In this document: piece after piece, positions 1 through 14,956 of the stretch
How positions within the stretch are numbered: position 1 is the first letter of the stretch
Layout: every line of letters begins with the position of its first letter
Source: Gemmatimonadaceae bacterium
Lineage (GTDB): Bacteria > Gemmatimonadota > Gemmatimonadetes > Gemmatimonadales > Gemmatimonadaceae
Length of the DNA stretch: 64,000 bases
Reading direction: 5' to 3'
NCBI GenBank assembly: GCA_031430835.1
Contig: JANPCH010000072.1
Span: forward strand, 4,866-68,865
Made by a program: the position numbers and the translations under genes
Notes under the pieces: generated by a model
Told to the model about the DNA's origin: nothing
The model's database searches: none
The model's input: the letters and a program-made list of their open reading frames with translations, nothing else

Positions 1-1
1 T

Positions 2-910
2 TCGCGGGTGGCGCAGGACGATTACTCGAAGGAGAACGCGCAGGACTTCGCGCTCTGGAAGGCGGCGAAGCCCGAGGACGAGGCGTGCGGCGCGGCGTGG
101 GATTCCCCCTGGGGACGCGGCCGGCCCGGGTGGCACCTCGAGTGCTCAGCGATGGCGATGACGATCCTCGGCGATACGCTCGACATCCACGCCGGTGGCG
201 TGGATCTGGTGTTCCCGCACCACGAGGATGAGATCGCGCAGAGCGAAGCGGCGACGGGAAAGCCCTTCGCCCGGTTCTGGTGCCACGGTGAGTTCCTTCA
301 GATCGACGGCGCGAAGATGGCGAAGCGGGTCGGGAATGTGACGACGGTGGCTGACCTTCGGGTGCAGGGTGTGAGTGGCGCGGCGCTGCGGCACTTCGTC
401 TTCTCGACGCACTATCGCAAGCAGCTCAATCTTTCCGGTGAGGCGCTCGAAGGGTCGATCGAGGCGGTGCGGCGGATCGCCGACTTCCGCGAACGGATCG
501 GCACCGCCAAGGGGGCGACGCGCGGTCTCGAGGACGCGGCCGACCGATTGGAGAACGAGGTGCGGGAGGCACTCTTCGACGATCTCAACGCCCCCAACGC
601 GATGGCGGCGCTCTTCGAGTTCATCCGGACGGCGAACAAGGAACTCGACGCCGGTGGCACCGACGCCGGCGCCGTGCGCCGCGCGCGCGAGGTACTCGAC
701 TTGGTGGACGGGGTGCTCGACATCGTCCCCGAGCCGGCGCAGGCGGACGCCGATCTCGCGGGCTGGGTCGAGGGTCAGCTCGCCGATCGCGCCGCGGCGC
801 GGTCACGCCGCGACTTCGCCGCTGCCGACGCGATCCGCGCCGCGCTCGACGAAAAGGGGATCGTCATCGAGGACTCGGCGGGGGGGACGAGGTGGAAGAA
901 GGCGCGATAG
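2..910 (+). CDS. cysS: Cysteine--tRNA ligase, 5' end outside the window
   Basis: [25 protein letters not shown] and [17 protein letters not shown] motifs; C-terminal [19 protein letters not shown]; the KMSKS motif reads KMAKR. Confidence 0.97.
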   Translation, partial: SRVAQDDYSKENAQDFALWKAAKPEDEACGAAWDSPWGRGRPGWHLECSAMAMTILGDTLDIHAGGVDLVFPHHEDEIAQSEAATGKPFARFWCHGEFLQIDGAKMAKRVGNVTTVADLRVQGVSGAALRHFVFSTHYRKQLNLSGEALEGSIEAVRRIADFRERIGTAKGATRGLEDAADRLENEVREALFDDLNAPNAMAALFEFIRTANKELDAGGTDAGAVRRAREVLDLVDGVLDIVPEPAQADADLAGWVEGQLADRAAARSRRDFAAADAIRAALDEKGIVIEDSAGGTRWKKAR

Positions 911-984
911 GGCCTTCCATCTTCCTTCTTCCATCTGGGGTAAGTATCCTTCGCTGCTCGCGCAGGCTGCAGGAAATCGGTTTC

Positions 985-1057
985 GCCGACGTAGCTCAGC
1001 TGGCAGAGCACTCGATTTGTAATCGAGCGGTCGCGAGTTCGATTCTCGCCGTCGGCT
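985..1057 (+). tRNA. tRNA-Thr(TGT), CCA not encoded
   Basis: Cloverleaf GCCGACG...CGTCGGC-T; anticodon arm CTCGA-TTTGTAA-TCGAG; T-loop GTTCGATT. Confidence 0.97.
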
Positions 1058-1091
1058 CTGGTTCCAGGGTCCAGTGGGCGCGAGGGACAGC

Positions 1092-1174
1092 GGTGGGGTA
1101 CCCAAGTGGCCAACGGGAGCAGACTGTAAATCTGCCGGCTCACGCCTTCGAAGGTTCGAATCCTTCCCCCACCA
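1092..1174 (+). tRNA. tRNA-Tyr(GTA), long variable arm, CCA not encoded
   Basis: GGTGGGG/CCCCACC acceptor stem; anticodon arm GCAGA-CTGTAAA-TCTGC; GTTCGAATC. Confidence 0.97.
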
Positions 1175-1215
1175 TTGAGCGGCAGATGGGAGAAGGGAGA
1201 TGGGAGAGGTAAGAT

Positions 1216-1288
1216 GCGGGAGTAGCTCAGCTGGTAGAGCGCAAGCCTTCCAAGCTTGATGTCGCGGGTTCGAGCCCCGTCTCCCGCT
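1216..1288 (+). tRNA. tRNA-Gly(TCC), CCA not encoded
   Basis: GCGGGAG/CTCCCGC acceptor stem; anticodon arm CAAGC-CTTCCAA-GCTTG. Confidence 0.97.
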
Positions 1289-1310
1289 CTGCAGTCCGCC
1301 GTCGGAAGTC

Positions 1311-1383
1311 GCACGCATAGCTCAGTCGGTAGAGCACATCCTTGGTAAGGATGAGGTCACCGGTTCGATCCCGGTTGCGTGCT
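1311..1383 (+). tRNA. tRNA-Thr(GGT), CCA not encoded
   Basis: GCACGCA/TGCGTGC acceptor stem; anticodon arm CATCC-TTGGTAA-GGATG. Confidence 0.97.
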
Positions 1384-1385
1384 TG

Positions 1386-1480
1386 AACTGCAGAAGGGAG
1401 ATGGGAGCGGGGAGGGGGGCGCCAGGTACGACCTGGCGCCCCGTTCTCACATCTCCCCTCTCCCTTCTCCCATCCGTGCA
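1386..1480. repeat. Family A palindromic element (purine-heptamer arms around a GC hairpin)
   Basis: AACTGCAGAAGGGAGATGGGAG...GGGGCGCCAGGT-ACG-ACCTGGCGCCCC...CTCCCTTCTCCCATC. Confidence 0.8.
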
Positions 1481-1500
1481 TGTGGCGCCCCCGGCGCCAC

Positions 1501-1529
1501 TTGCACGCTGGAGACCGACCCCCTACCTT
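1501..1529 (+). promoter_or_regulatory. Putative sigma70 promoter for rpmG-secE-nusG
   Basis: TTGCAC-17 bp-TACCTT. Confidence 0.6.
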
Positions 1530-1625
1530 GCAAGGCTCGCCGCCCTGCACCCCAGAACTGGGGTGAGGGGTGGCACGGCGCGTCCCGCGAGGCGCCCTAA
1601 ATACCGTCCTTCGAGAGAGATACCG

Positions 1626-1778
1626 ATGCCGCGCGACAAGATCATCCTCGCGTGCAGCGACTGCAAGAATCGCAACTACTTCACCACGAAGAACAAGCGC
1701 CTGCACCCCGAGCGCGTCGAGTGGAAGAAGTACTGCCCCCGCTGCAACAAGCACGTCGTCCATAAGGAGACGAAGTAG
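1626..1778 (+). CDS. rpmG: 50S ribosomal protein L33, zinc-binding form
   Basis: [24 protein letters not shown]...KKYCPRC; two CxxC motifs; in frame within ORF 1383..1778. Confidence 0.96.
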   Translation: MPRDKIILACSDCKNRNYFTTKNKRLHPERVEWKKYCPRCNKHVVHKETK

Positions 1779-2033
1779 ATGGCGGTCGAGCTCGCCACGG
1801 CGCCGAAGGGCGCGCTCGGCAAGGTCGGCGCGTTCGTGCGCGGCATCGTCCCCTTCTACCACGACGTCGTCGCGGAGATGAAGAAGGTGACGTGGCCCGA
1901 CCTCCCACAGGTCAGGCAGCTCTCGATCGGCGTCATCATCCTCGCGCTCTTCATCGGGCTCGTGATCTTCGTGCTCGACTGGCTCTTCTCGGCGATCCTG
2001 GTCAATGGGATCACTCGCCTCTTCGGGGCCTGA
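1779..2033 (+). CDS. secE: Preprotein translocase subunit SecE
   Basis: EMKKVTWP motif followed by a TM helix; position between rpmG and nusG. Confidence 0.95.
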   Translation: MAVELATAPKGALGKVGAFVRGIVPFYHDVVAEMKKVTWPDLPQVRQLSIGVIILALFIGLVIFVLDWLFSAILVNGITRLFGA

Positions 2034-2037
2034 TCAC

Positions 2038-2580
2038 GTGACCCATCGTTGGTATGCGGTGCAGACCACCTCCGGGCACGAGAACAAGGTCCGGATGCTG
2101 GTCCAGCGGAAGATCGACGCCGACCCGGCTCCGACCGATGCGCGCGCGATCCGGCAGGCCCTGGTCCCGACCGAGCAGGTGGTCGAGATCAAGAACGGCA
2201 AGAAGGTGACGGTCGAGCGGAAGGTCTTTCCCGGCTACGTGCTCGTTGAGATGGCGGTCAGCGAGGACACGCAGCACACGATCAACGCGATCCAGGGCGT
2301 GATCAAGTTCGTCGGGAAGGACCGCGACCCGCAGCCGTTGCGCGACGACGAGGTCAAGCGACTCCTCGGGATCGCGGTGGAAGAGGAAGTGGTGGAACCG
2401 AAGGAGGAGATCCCGTTCCTCGTCGGCCAGGCGGTCGCGATCACCGATGGCCCGTTCACCGATTTCAACGGGACGGTCGAGGACGTGATCGTCGACAAGG
2501 GGAAGGTGCGGGTGTCGGTGTCGCTCTTCGGACGGCCGACGTCGGTCGAGTTGGACTACCTGCAGTTGAAGGGGCACTAG
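2038..2580 (+). CDS. nusG: Transcription termination/antitermination factor NusG (GTG start inferred)
   Basis: WYAVQTTSGHENKV, FPGYVLV, KOW domain GPFTDFNGTV, VSLFGRPTSVEL. Confidence 0.96.
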   Translation: MTHRWYAVQTTSGHENKVRMLVQRKIDADPAPTDARAIRQALVPTEQVVEIKNGKKVTVERKVFPGYVLVEMAVSEDTQHTINAIQGVIKFVGKDRDPQPLRDDEVKRLLGIAVEEEVVEPKEEIPFLVGQAVAITDGPFTDFNGTVEDVIVDKGKVRVSVSLFGRPTSVELDYLQLKGH

Positions 2581-2655
2581 AACGGCAGGTGAAAGGGGGA
2601 AGGTGGAAGGAGAAAGGTCCGTACCTTTCACCTTCGACCTTCCACCTTCCCCCTT
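2581..2655. repeat. Family A palindromic element
   Basis: AACGGCAGGTGAAAGGGGGAAGGTGGAAGG...CCTTCCACCTTCCCCCTT, starting immediately after the nusG stop. Confidence 0.8.
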
Positions 2656-2814
2656 GAGAAGGGAGACCCTTGCGCGGGGTGGGTGGAAGTCACACCGAGG
2701 AGCGCATCGTCGGATACCACAACGACGGAAAACTCACCGTGGGAGTCAGCGGCCGGCGCCAGCGCACCCCTACCGGGTGATGCCCGTCCCCGCTCAACGC
2801 ACTCGAGGAAGACG

Positions 2815-3237
2815 ATGGCAAAGAAGGTTGCTGGTTTCGTCAAACTGCAGATCACTGCAGGCAAGGCGAACCCGGCCCCGCCCGTCGGTACCGCGCTCGG
2901 CCCGCAGGGGATCAACATCATGGCGTTCTGCAAAGAGTTCAACGCTCGGACGCAGGGCCAGGATTCGATCCTCCCGGTCGAGATCACCATCTATACCGAC
3001 AAGTCGTTCTCGTTCATCCTGAAGACGCCCCCCGCGGCGTTCCTCGTGAAGCGCGAGGCAGGGATCGAGAAGGGCTCAGGTCAGCCGAACCGCAACAAGG
3101 TCGGCTCGATCACCAAGGCGCAGGTCCGGAAGATCGCCGAGATGAAGATGCCCGACCTCAACACCGAGTCGATCGAATCCGCGATGGCGATGGTCGCTGG
3201 CGCGGCACGCTCGATGGGTGTGGAGGTGAAGGGATGA
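2815..3237 (+). CDS. rplK: 50S ribosomal protein L11
   Basis: [29 protein letters not shown]; GAGGAAG upstream of ATG 2815. Confidence 0.97.
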   Translation: MAKKVAGFVKLQITAGKANPAPPVGTALGPQGINIMAFCKEFNARTQGQDSILPVEITIYTDKSFSFILKTPPAAFLVKREAGIEKGSGQPNRNKVGSITKAQVRKIAEMKMPDLNTESIESAMAMVAGAARSMGVEVKG

Positions 3238-3923
3238 AAGCCCACGGCAAGAAGTACCGCGCTGCGGCGGCGAAGGTCAGGCCCGAGACGCAGTACGCCC
3301 CAAAGGCGGCGCTCGAGCTCGTGAAGACCGGCGCATTCGCGAAGTTCGATGAGACGGTCGAGATCGCCGTGCGGCTCGGGGTCGATCCGAAGCACGCCGA
3401 CCAGATCGTGCGTGGCACCGTCGTCCTCCCGGCCGGCACCGGCAAGCCGGTCCGCGTCCTCGTCATCGCCGTTGGTGACAAGGCGAAGGAAGCCGAGGCC
3501 GCCGGCGCCGACTTCGTCGGCACCGAGTTCATCCAGAAGATCAAGGACGGCTGGACCGAGTTCGACGTGATGATCGCGACCCCCGACCAGATGGGTCAGG
3601 TCGGCCAGCTCGGGCGCGTGCTCGGCCCCCGCGGGCTGATGCCGAACCCGAAGGCCGGCACCGTGACCTTCGATGTCACCCGCGCGGTGCGGGAGACGAA
3701 GGCCGGCAAGATCGAGTTCCGCGTCGACAAGGCCGGCAACGTCCAGGCCCCGATCGGCAAGGTCTCGTTCAACCTCGACGCCCTCGAGACGAACTTCTCC
3801 GCCTTCATGGACCAGATCGTCCGGTCCAAGCCGGCGGCGTCGAAGGGTGTGTACGTCCGGACCGTCGCCGTCTCGAGCACGATGGGTCCCGGCGTCCACG
3901 TCGACACGAACCCCTACCGGTAA
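3234..3923 (+). CDS. rplA: 50S ribosomal protein L1
   Basis: [29 protein letters not shown]. Confidence 0.98.
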   Translation: MKAHGKKYRAAAAKVRPETQYAPKAALELVKTGAFAKFDETVEIAVRLGVDPKHADQIVRGTVVLPAGTGKPVRVLVIAVGDKAKEAEAAGADFVGTEFIQKIKDGWTEFDVMIATPDQMGQVGQLGRVLGPRGLMPNPKAGTVTFDVTRAVRETKAGKIEFRVDKAGNVQAPIGKVSFNLDALETNFSAFMDQIVRSKPAASKGVYVRTVAVSSTMGPGVHVDTNPYR

Positions 3924-3929
3924 CCGACG

Positions 3930-4415
3930 ATGAAGCGATCCGACAAGGAACAGCTCGTCGCCGAGCTGAAGACCAAACTCGACGGGGCGGAGGGAGTCAT
4001 CTACACCGACTTCACCGGGCTCAACGTCAAGCGGATGACCGAACTCCGCCGGCGCTTCCGCAAGGCCGGTGTCGAGTACGTCGTCATCAAGAACTCCCTC
4101 GCCCTGCGGGCGGTGAACGAGGCCGGACTCACGACCCAGAAGCTGAAGGGTCCGACCGGTGTCGTGGTGGCCAAGGATCCGATCACGGCCGCCAAGCTCC
4201 TCACCGACTTCGCGAAGGAGAACGACGCGAAGCCGAGCGTGAAGGGTGGGCTCTATGAAGGCGCCGTGATCGACGCGGCGATGGTCAAGAAGCTCGCCGC
4301 GCTCCCGACGCGCAACGAGGCGCTCTCGATCCTCCTCGGCACGTTCAACAGCGTGCTGTCGATGTTCGCGCTCGCGCTCGAGGCCCGGAAGACCCAACTC
4401 GAAGGTTCGAACTGA
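3930..4415 (+). CDS. rplJ: 50S ribosomal protein L10
   Basis: ELRRRFR..VIKNSL, LKGPT, LAALPTR; position between rplA and rplL. Confidence 0.95.
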   Translation: MKRSDKEQLVAELKTKLDGAEGVIYTDFTGLNVKRMTELRRRFRKAGVEYVVIKNSLALRAVNEAGLTTQKLKGPTGVVVAKDPITAAKLLTDFAKENDAKPSVKGGLYEGAVIDAAMVKKLAALPTRNEALSILLGTFNSVLSMFALALEARKTQLEGSN

Positions 4416-4490
4416 TCCCCCAGGCGTACGCCTGATCACACGCCCCAGGGCAGCAAGGCTCCTGGGGGAACACACTTGGAGAACGGAACA

Positions 4491-4880
4491 ATGGCAAACG
4501 CGACCATGAGCAAGGACGAGATCCTCGAGGCGATCGGCCACATGTCGGTCATCGAGCTCGCGGAACTGATCGAGGCGTTCAAGACGAAGTTCAACGTGAC
4601 CATCGCTGCCGTCGCCGCTGGTGGCGCGGGCGCCGGTGCCGGTGCCGCCGCGGCGGCCGTCGAGGAGAAGACGGAGTTCGACGTCATCCTCAAGGAAGTC
4701 GGTGGCAAGAAGATCCAGGTCATCAAGGTGGTTCGTGAGATCACCGGCCTCGGTCTGAAGGAAGCCAAGGACCTCGTCGATGGCGCTCCGCAGGTGGTCA
4801 AGGCCGGCGTCTCGAAGGACGAGTCGGCGGCGATCAAGGCGAAGCTCGAGGCCGAAGGCGCGACGGCCGAGATCAAGTAA
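4491..4880 (+). CDS. rplL: 50S ribosomal protein L7/L12
   Basis: [37 protein letters not shown]. Confidence 0.97.
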   Translation: MANATMSKDEILEAIGHMSVIELAELIEAFKTKFNVTIAAVAAGGAGAGAGAAAAAVEEKTEFDVILKEVGGKKIQVIKVVREITGLGLKEAKDLVDGAPQVVKAGVSKDESAAIKAKLEAEGATAEIK

Positions 4881-5006
4881 GGGCGAGGGTCCGCACGGGC
4901 GCCGGCCAGGAACCACCTTGCCGCCGCCCGCCGCACGACCTTCCACCCTCACTTGGTCCCGCCGATGCAGTCAACGCTCCACCCGCTCCACATCTGAAGC
5001 TCCTTA

Positions 5007-5051
5007 CGCCTCGCTCCGGACGGGCTCGCCGTCCGGGGACGAGGCGGTTTT
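5007..5051 (+). terminator. Terminator/attenuator-like hairpin between rplL and rpoB
   Basis: CGCCTCG-CTCCGGACGG-GCTCG-CCGTCCGGGG-A-CGAGGCG followed by GTTTT. Confidence 0.5.
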
Positions 5052-5081
5052 CGCCTGTCATAGGCTGAACCCCGAGTCGCC

Positions 5082-9668
<4,587 letters not shown>

Positions 9669-9671
9669 TCG

Positions 9672-12600
9672 ATGATCGACTTCCGCAGTGCGCGCGAGAA
9701 GAGCGCGTCAGCGTTCGACTATATCCAGGTCCGCATCGCCTCTCCCGAGGAGATCCGTGGCCCCCGGGACTCCAAGGAGCGGGAACGGCTCGAGATGGCC
9801 GGCCTCCGCACCTGGTGGTCGTGGGGTGAGGTCACCAAGCCCGAGACCATCAACTACCGCTCCTTCAAGCCCGAGAAGGACGGTCTCTTCTGCGAGCGCA
9901 TCTTCGGTCCGGTGAAGGACTGGGAGTGCCATTGCGGGAAGTACAAGCGCATCCGCTACCGCGGCGTGATCTGCGACCGATGCGGCGTCGAGGTGACCCT
10001 CTCCAAGGTCCGTCGTGACCGGATGGGGCACATCGAGCTCGCCGTCCCCGTCGCCCACATCTGGTTCTTCAAGACCCTCCCCAGCCCGATGGGGAACCTC
10101 CTCGACCTCACCCTGCGTGATCTCGAGAAGATCGTCTACTACTCCAACTACGTCGTGATCGACGCCGGCGAGCAGGAGGTCCGTGCCAACGACCTGCTCG
10201 ACGAGGACCAGTTCCTCCAGCTCCGGATGAAGGCGAAGGAGGAAGGGGACACGGCGTTCCAGGCCGATATCGGCGCGCCGGCGGTACGCGAACTGCTCCG
10301 CCGCCTCGACGTCGACAAGGTCTCCGAGGAGCTCCGCGAGTCGGTGCTCGTCGAGACGTCGCAGCACAAGAAGAAGGCGCAGCTCAAGCGCCTCAAGATC
10401 GTCGACGCCTTCCGCAACTCGGGCGACCACTCGGGCACGCGCAACAAGCCGGAGTGGATGATCCTCGATGTCGTCCCGGTGATCCCGCCGGACCTGCGGC
10501 CGCTCGTGCCGCTCGACGGTGGGCGCTTCGCCACGTCGGACCTGAATGACCTGTATCGTCGCGTCATCAATCGGAACAACCGTCTCCAGAAGCTCATCTC
10601 GCATCGCGCGCCGGAAGTGATCCTGCGCAATGAGAAGCGGATGCTGCAGGAAGCGGTCGACGCGCTGTTCGACAACGGGCGCCGGTCGAAGGCGATCCGC
10701 GGTCGCGGCAAGCGTCCGCTCAAGTCGCTCTCCGACATGCTCAAGGGCAAGCAGGGCCGGTTCCGCCAGAACCTGCTCGGCAAGCGCGTGGACTACTCGG
10801 GCCGGTCGGTCATCGTGGTGGGTCCGGAGCTCAAGCTGCACCAATGCGGCCTGCCGAAGGCGATGGCGCTCGAGCTCTTCAAGCCCTTCATCATCCACAA
10901 GCTGGTGGAGAAGGGGATCGCCGAGACCGTGAAGCGCGCGAAGAAGATCGTCGAGCGCGAGTCGTCGGAGGTCTTCGAGATCCTCGAAGAGATCATCCGC
11001 GACCACCCGGTGCTCCTCAACCGCGCGCCGACGCTCCATCGCCTGGGCATCCAGGCGTTCGAGCCGGTGCTCGTCGAAGGGAAGGCGATCCGCATCCATC
11101 CCCTCGTCTGCGCGGCGTTCAACGCCGACTTCGACGGGGACCAGATGGCGGTGCACGTGCCCCTCTCCTACGAGGCGCAGCTCGAGTGCCGCGTACTGAT
11201 GCTCTCGTCGAACAACATCCTCAAGCCCAGCGACGGCCGCCCAGTGGCGGAGCCGTCGCAGGACATCGTGCTCGGCTGCTACTTCGCGACCAAGGCACCG
11301 GCGGGCTTCGACGCCCTGCTCAAGGATGAGAAGGCGCAGCGCGCCCTCCGCTCCTTCGGCTCCTCGGCCGAGGTCGAGATGGCGCTCGCGCTCGGACAGC
11401 TCGGCGTCCACTCGGCGGTCCGCTACTTCGGCCGCACGCCCGATGGCGTGAGCACCTGGTTCACGACCACCGCCGGACGGGTGCTCTTCGACGGCGTCGT
11501 GCCGCAGGAGCTCCCGTTCCAGAACCGGGAGATGAAGAAGAAGGCCCTCGGCGAGCTCGTCTTCGATTCCTATCGCAAGGCGGGACTCTCCGGTACGGTC
11601 GCGTTCCTCGACCGGCTCAAGGAGTTCGGCTTCCGCCACGCCACCCGCGGCGGCATCTCGATCTCGATCGAGGACCTTGAGATCCCGGCCGAGAAGGAGA
11701 CGTTGCTCGAGGAGGCCGCAACGCGCGTGATGCGCTTCCAGAAGGCCTACCAGACGGGCAACATCACGAACGGCGAGCGCTACAACAAGGTCATCGACAC
11801 CTGGACGCACGCCAACAACGACATCGCCGACGCGATGGTGAAGCGGATGCGCGAGTCGCAGAACGGCTTCAACACCGTGTTCATGATGTTCGATTCGGGC
11901 TCGCGCGGTTCGCGCGACCAGATCCGCCAGTTGGCCGGTATGCGCGGCCTGATGGCCAAGCCGCAGAAGAAGCTCACCGGAGGCATCGGCGAGATCATCG
12001 AGAATCCGATCAAGTCGAACTTCCGCGAAGGCCTCTCGGTGCTCGAGTACTTCTCGTCGACGCACGGTGCCCGAAAGGGTCTCGCCGATACGGCGCTCAA
12101 GACGGCCGACGCCGGCTACCTGACGCGCCGCCTCTGCGACGTCGCGCAGGACGTCGTAGTCACCGAGGAGGATTGCGGTACGGTGATGGGGCTCGAGATC
12201 GGCGCGTTGAAGGAGGGCGAGGACATCATCGAGCCGTTGGCCGAACGAATCGTCGGGATCGTGGCGGCGGAGGATGTGGTCGATCCGCAGCTGCTCGACG
12301 AGGCGGGACGCCCGCAACTGCTGGTCGAGGCCGGCCAGATGATCGATGAGGAGACCGCGACGGCGATCGAGGAGGCGGGGATCGAGACGGTGAAGATCCG
12401 CTCGGTGCTCACCTGTGAGGCGAAGCGCGGGCTCTGCCGGATGTGCTACGGCCGGAACCTCGCGACGATGCAGATGGTCGACCTCGGCGAGGCGGTCGGC
12501 ATCATCGCCGCGCAGTCGATCGGCGAGCCCGGCACGCAGCTCACGCTCCGCACCTTCCACATCGGCGGCACGGCGGCTCGGATCGCCGAGCAGACGGCGC

Positions 12601-13994
12601 GGAAGTCGAAGGTCAACGGCATCGTCGAGTACGGTGACCGGCTGGTGAAGGTCACCAACCCTGATGGCCAGGACGTGGTCACCTCGTACGAAGGGGAGCT
12701 CTACGTCCGCGCCTCCGCCGACAAGAACGCGCCGATCATGGCGCGCCTCGCGGTGCCGCTCGGCGCCGTGCTGGCGGTCGAGGACGGGGCGACGGTCGCG
12801 AAGGAACAGATCATCTTCACGTGGGACCCCTACACCAACCCGATCATCGCCGACGTCGCCGGTGAGGTCCGCTTCGTGGATCTCGTCGAGGACGAGACGG
12901 TCTCCGAGGAACTCGACGAGCTCACCGGTCTCCGTCAGCGCGTCGTGATCGAGGACCGGGAGAAGAAGCTCCACCCGCACATCGAGATCTGGCTGACGAA
13001 GGGCGGGAAGGAGAAGAAGATCCGCGACTTCGTCATCCCGGTGGGCGCCCAGCTCATCATCGACGACGGCAGCGCGGTCGCGGCAGGTCAGACGATCGCC
13101 AAGATCTCACGCGAGGCGTACAAGACGCGCGACATCACCGGCGGCCTGCCGCGGGTGGCCGAGCTCTTCGAGGCGCGGAAGCCGAAGGATCCGGCGACCA
13201 TCTCGGAGATCGACGGTGTCGTGCGGTTCGGCGAGATCAAGCGCGGCAAGCGCGAGATCTTCGTCCAGCCGGTGGACAGCGCCGGTTCGCTCGACGACTC
13301 GCAGCAGCCGCAGCTCTACGAAGTGCAGGCCGGCAAGCACCTTCGCGTGCACGAGGGCGACCGCGTGCGCGCCGGCGACCGCCTGAGCGAAGGGCCGGTG
13401 AACCCGCACGACATCCTGCGGATCAAGGGTCCCCGCGCCGTGCAGGAGTACCTCCTCAATGAAGTGCAGGAGGTCTACCGGCTCCAGGGCGTGAAGATCA
13501 ACGACAAGCATATCGGCGTGATCGTGCGCCAGATGCTCCAGAAGGTCCGGGTGGTCGAGTCGGGGGACACCGAGTTCCTCGAGGGGGAGAACGTCGACAA
13601 GGCGGTCTTCCGCGACTCGAACGACAAGGCGAAGAAGAAGAAGCAGAAGGCCTCGCAGTCCGAGCCGCTGCTCCTCGGGATCACGAAGGCGTCGCTGACG
13701 ACGCAGTCGTTCATCTCGGCCGCGTCGTTCCAGGAGACCACGCGGGTGCTCACCGATGCCGCGATCCGCGGGGCGAAGGACAATCTCCTCGGCCTCAAGG
13801 AGAACATCATCATCGGGCATCTCATCCCGGCCGGCACCGGGATGTACCGCTACAGCGATGTCGATATGGACATCGAGCCGCCGCCAGCTCCGCCCGCGGA
13901 GTTCGGTGGTTTCGGCGAACTCCCGGCGAGCTTCCTCGCGGCGCCGAACGAAGCCGATGTCACTCTGCTCGCGTCGCCGGTGGACGACGACTAA
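9672..13994 (+). CDS. rpoC: RNA polymerase beta' subunit
   Basis: NADFDGD active site, CHCGKYKR...CDRC zinc finger, [19 protein letters not shown]. Confidence 0.99.
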   Translation: MIDFRSAREKSASAFDYIQVRIASPEEIRGPRDSKERERLEMAGLRTWWSWGEVTKPETINYRSFKPEKDGLFCERIFGPVKDWECHCGKYKRIRYRGVICDRCGVEVTLSKVRRDRMGHIELAVPVAHIWFFKTLPSPMGNLLDLTLRDLEKIVYYSNYVVIDAGEQEVRANDLLDEDQFLQLRMKAKEEGDTAFQADIGAPAVRELLRRLDVDKVSEELRESVLVETSQHKKKAQLKRLKIVDAFRNSGDHSGTRNKPEWMILDVVPVIPPDLRPLVPLDGGRFATSDLNDLYRRVINRNNRLQKLISHRAPEVILRNEKRMLQEAVDALFDNGRRSKAIRGRGKRPLKSLSDMLKGKQGRFRQNLLGKRVDYSGRSVIVVGPELKLHQCGLPKAMALELFKPFIIHKLVEKGIAETVKRAKKIVERESSEVFEILEEIIRDHPVLLNRAPTLHRLGIQAFEPVLVEGKAIRIHPLVCAAFNADFDGDQMAVHVPLSYEAQLECRVLMLSSNNILKPSDGRPVAEPSQDIVLGCYFATKAPAGFDALLKDEKAQRALRSFGSSAEVEMALALGQLGVHSAVRYFGRTPDGVSTWFTTTAGRVLFDGVVPQELPFQNREMKKKALGELVFDSYRKAGLSGTVAFLDRLKEFGFRHATRGGISISIEDLEIPAEKETLLEEAATRVMRFQKAYQTGNITNGERYNKVIDTWTHANNDIADAMVKRMRESQNGFNTVFMMFDSGSRGSRDQIRQLAGMRGLMAKPQKKLTGGIGEIIENPIKSNFREGLSVLEYFSSTHGARKGLADTALKTADAGYLTRRLCDVAQDVVVTEEDCGTVMGLEIGALKEGEDIIEPLAERIVGIVAAEDVVDPQLLDEAGRPQLLVEAGQMIDEETATAIEEAGIETVKIRSVLTCEAKRGLCRMCYGRNLATMQMVDLGEAVGIIAAQSIGEPGTQLTLRTFHIGGTAARIAEQTARKSKVNGIVEYGDRLVKVTNPDGQDVVTSYEGELYVRASADKNAPIMARLAVPLGAVLAVEDGATVAKEQIIFTWDPYTNPIIADVAGEVRFVDLVEDETVSEELDELTGLRQRVVIEDREKKLHPHIEIWLTKGGKEKKIRDFVIPVGAQLIIDDGSAVAAGQTIAKISREAYKTRDITGGLPRVAELFEARKPKDPATISEIDGVVRFGEIKRGKREIFVQPVDSAGSLDDSQQPQLYEVQAGKHLRVHEGDRVRAGDRLSEGPVNPHDILRIKGPRAVQEYLLNEVQEVYRLQGVKINDKHIGVIVRQMLQKVRVVESGDTEFLEGENVDKAVFRDSNDKAKKKKQKASQSEPLLLGITKASLTTQSFISAASFQETTRVLTDAAIRGAKDNLLGLKENIIIGHLIPAGTGMYRYSDVDMDIEPPPAPPAEFGGFGELPASFLAAPNEADVTLLASPVDDD

Positions 13995-14045
13995 CGGCTG
14001 ATGGAAGGTGGAAGAGGGAAGGGGGGCGGCCCGTTCGGGCCGCCC
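13995..14045. repeat. Family A element; REP-like hairpin between convergent genes
   Basis: CGGCTGATGGAAGGTGGAAG...GGGCGGCCC-GTTC-GGGCCGCCC after the rpoC stop. Confidence 0.75.
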
Positions 14046-14065
14046 TGCTTCATTCCCGGTCGTCT

Positions 14066-14956
14066 CTACTTCGGCGCCGGAGTCGCGGCTCTGAGCGCCT
14101 TCTCCTCGTCCATCAAAGCCGCGATCGCCGCGACGAGCTTCTGCGAGATCTCGTAGTAGAGGGCGGGGGAGCCGGGCTGGGCGCGTTCGGCGCTGAAGTC
14201 CACCGGAGGGCCCATCACGGCGTGCACGTGCGGACGCTTTCGTGCGCCGGGACGATAGTTCGCTCGGAGCACGGCCCACGGACCAACGGGGAATCCGTGC
14301 AGGAAGACGGGCAGGACCGAGGCGCGGGTCTGGTGGATGATCTTTCCGAGCCCGGGGCGTCCACGCATCAGCGAGTAGGGGTCGGGTCCCTTGTTGCGTC
14401 CCCCCTCAGGGTGGATCGGTACCACCGTCGGTCCGCCATTGAGCACCCCGATGAGGATCTCGATCACCTGCTTTCCCCAGAGCGTCCCGCGCGACCCGCG
14501 AACGATCGGCGGATAGATGTTGCCGCAGCCGAGGACGATGTTGACGAGGATCCCGAACCAATGGTCGTAGACCCCCTCGGTGCGGGAGGGGACGACGAAC
14601 CGCATGCTCGCCGGAACGTGATCCCACGCGAACGACGAGACCGCGAAGTTGTCGAGGAACGAACGGTGGCTCGCGCAGAGCAGAACGCCCCGCTCGAGTG
14701 GCAGGTCCCGCACTTGCTCGAAGTGATGGGTGCGCACCAGGTTGCCGCACACGACCTTGATCGCGTTGCGCGAGATGTAGTGGCCAGACACTGCGCTCAG
14801 CCAACGGAGCGGTCGCACGCTGTGCCACCACTCGATCGCGCGCACATTGAACCGCTCGGCGGCCGTGAGCCCGGCGAATCGGTCGGGTGGCACGGTGGGC
14901 TCCACGGTGGGCTCCACGGTGGGCTCCGCTGTGGGTTCCATGGTCGGTTCACTCAT
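14066..14956 (-). CDS. Lysophospholipid/PlsC-family acyltransferase
   Basis: ASHRSFLD (HxxxxD) and HPEGGRN motifs; ATG 14956 overlaps the upstream stop (ATGA). Confidence 0.85.
   Translation of the reverse strand: MSEPTMEPTAEPTVEPTVEPTVPPDRFAGLTAAERFNVRAIEWWHSVRPLRWLSAVSGHYISRNAIKVVCGNLVRTHHFEQVRDLPLERGVLLCASHRSFLDNFAVSSFAWDHVPASMRFVVPSRTEGVYDHWFGILVNIVLGCGNIYPPIVRGSRGTLWGKQVIEILIGVLNGGPTVVPIHPEGGRNKGPDPYSLMRGRPGLGKIIHQTRASVLPVFLHGFPVGPWAVLRANYRPGARKRPHVHAVMGPPVDFSAERAQPGSPALYYEISQKLVAAIAALMDEEKALRAATPAPK
14891..14950 (-). repeat. 12-bp tandem repeat x5 (3 perfect) encoding EPT(V/A/M)
   Basis: CACGGTGGGCTC x3 plus two degenerate units on the + strand. Confidence 0.9.

Noticed and set aside
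2683-2814. N-terminal extensions suggested by the ORF track for rplK; also purA 53582, MFS 19529, suhB 50155, rpsH 41397 and rpsC 37880
   Set aside because: Downstream ATGs give canonical N-termini; the upstream parts are repeats, leaders or other genes.
9708-12980. 1090-aa antisense ORF; similar ones at 5058-6842, 6909-8411, 23626-25779, 30386-32401 and 32632-36150
   Set aside because: Shadow frames of highly biased GC-rich genes (rpoBC, fusA, tuf, r-proteins); no recognisable motifs.
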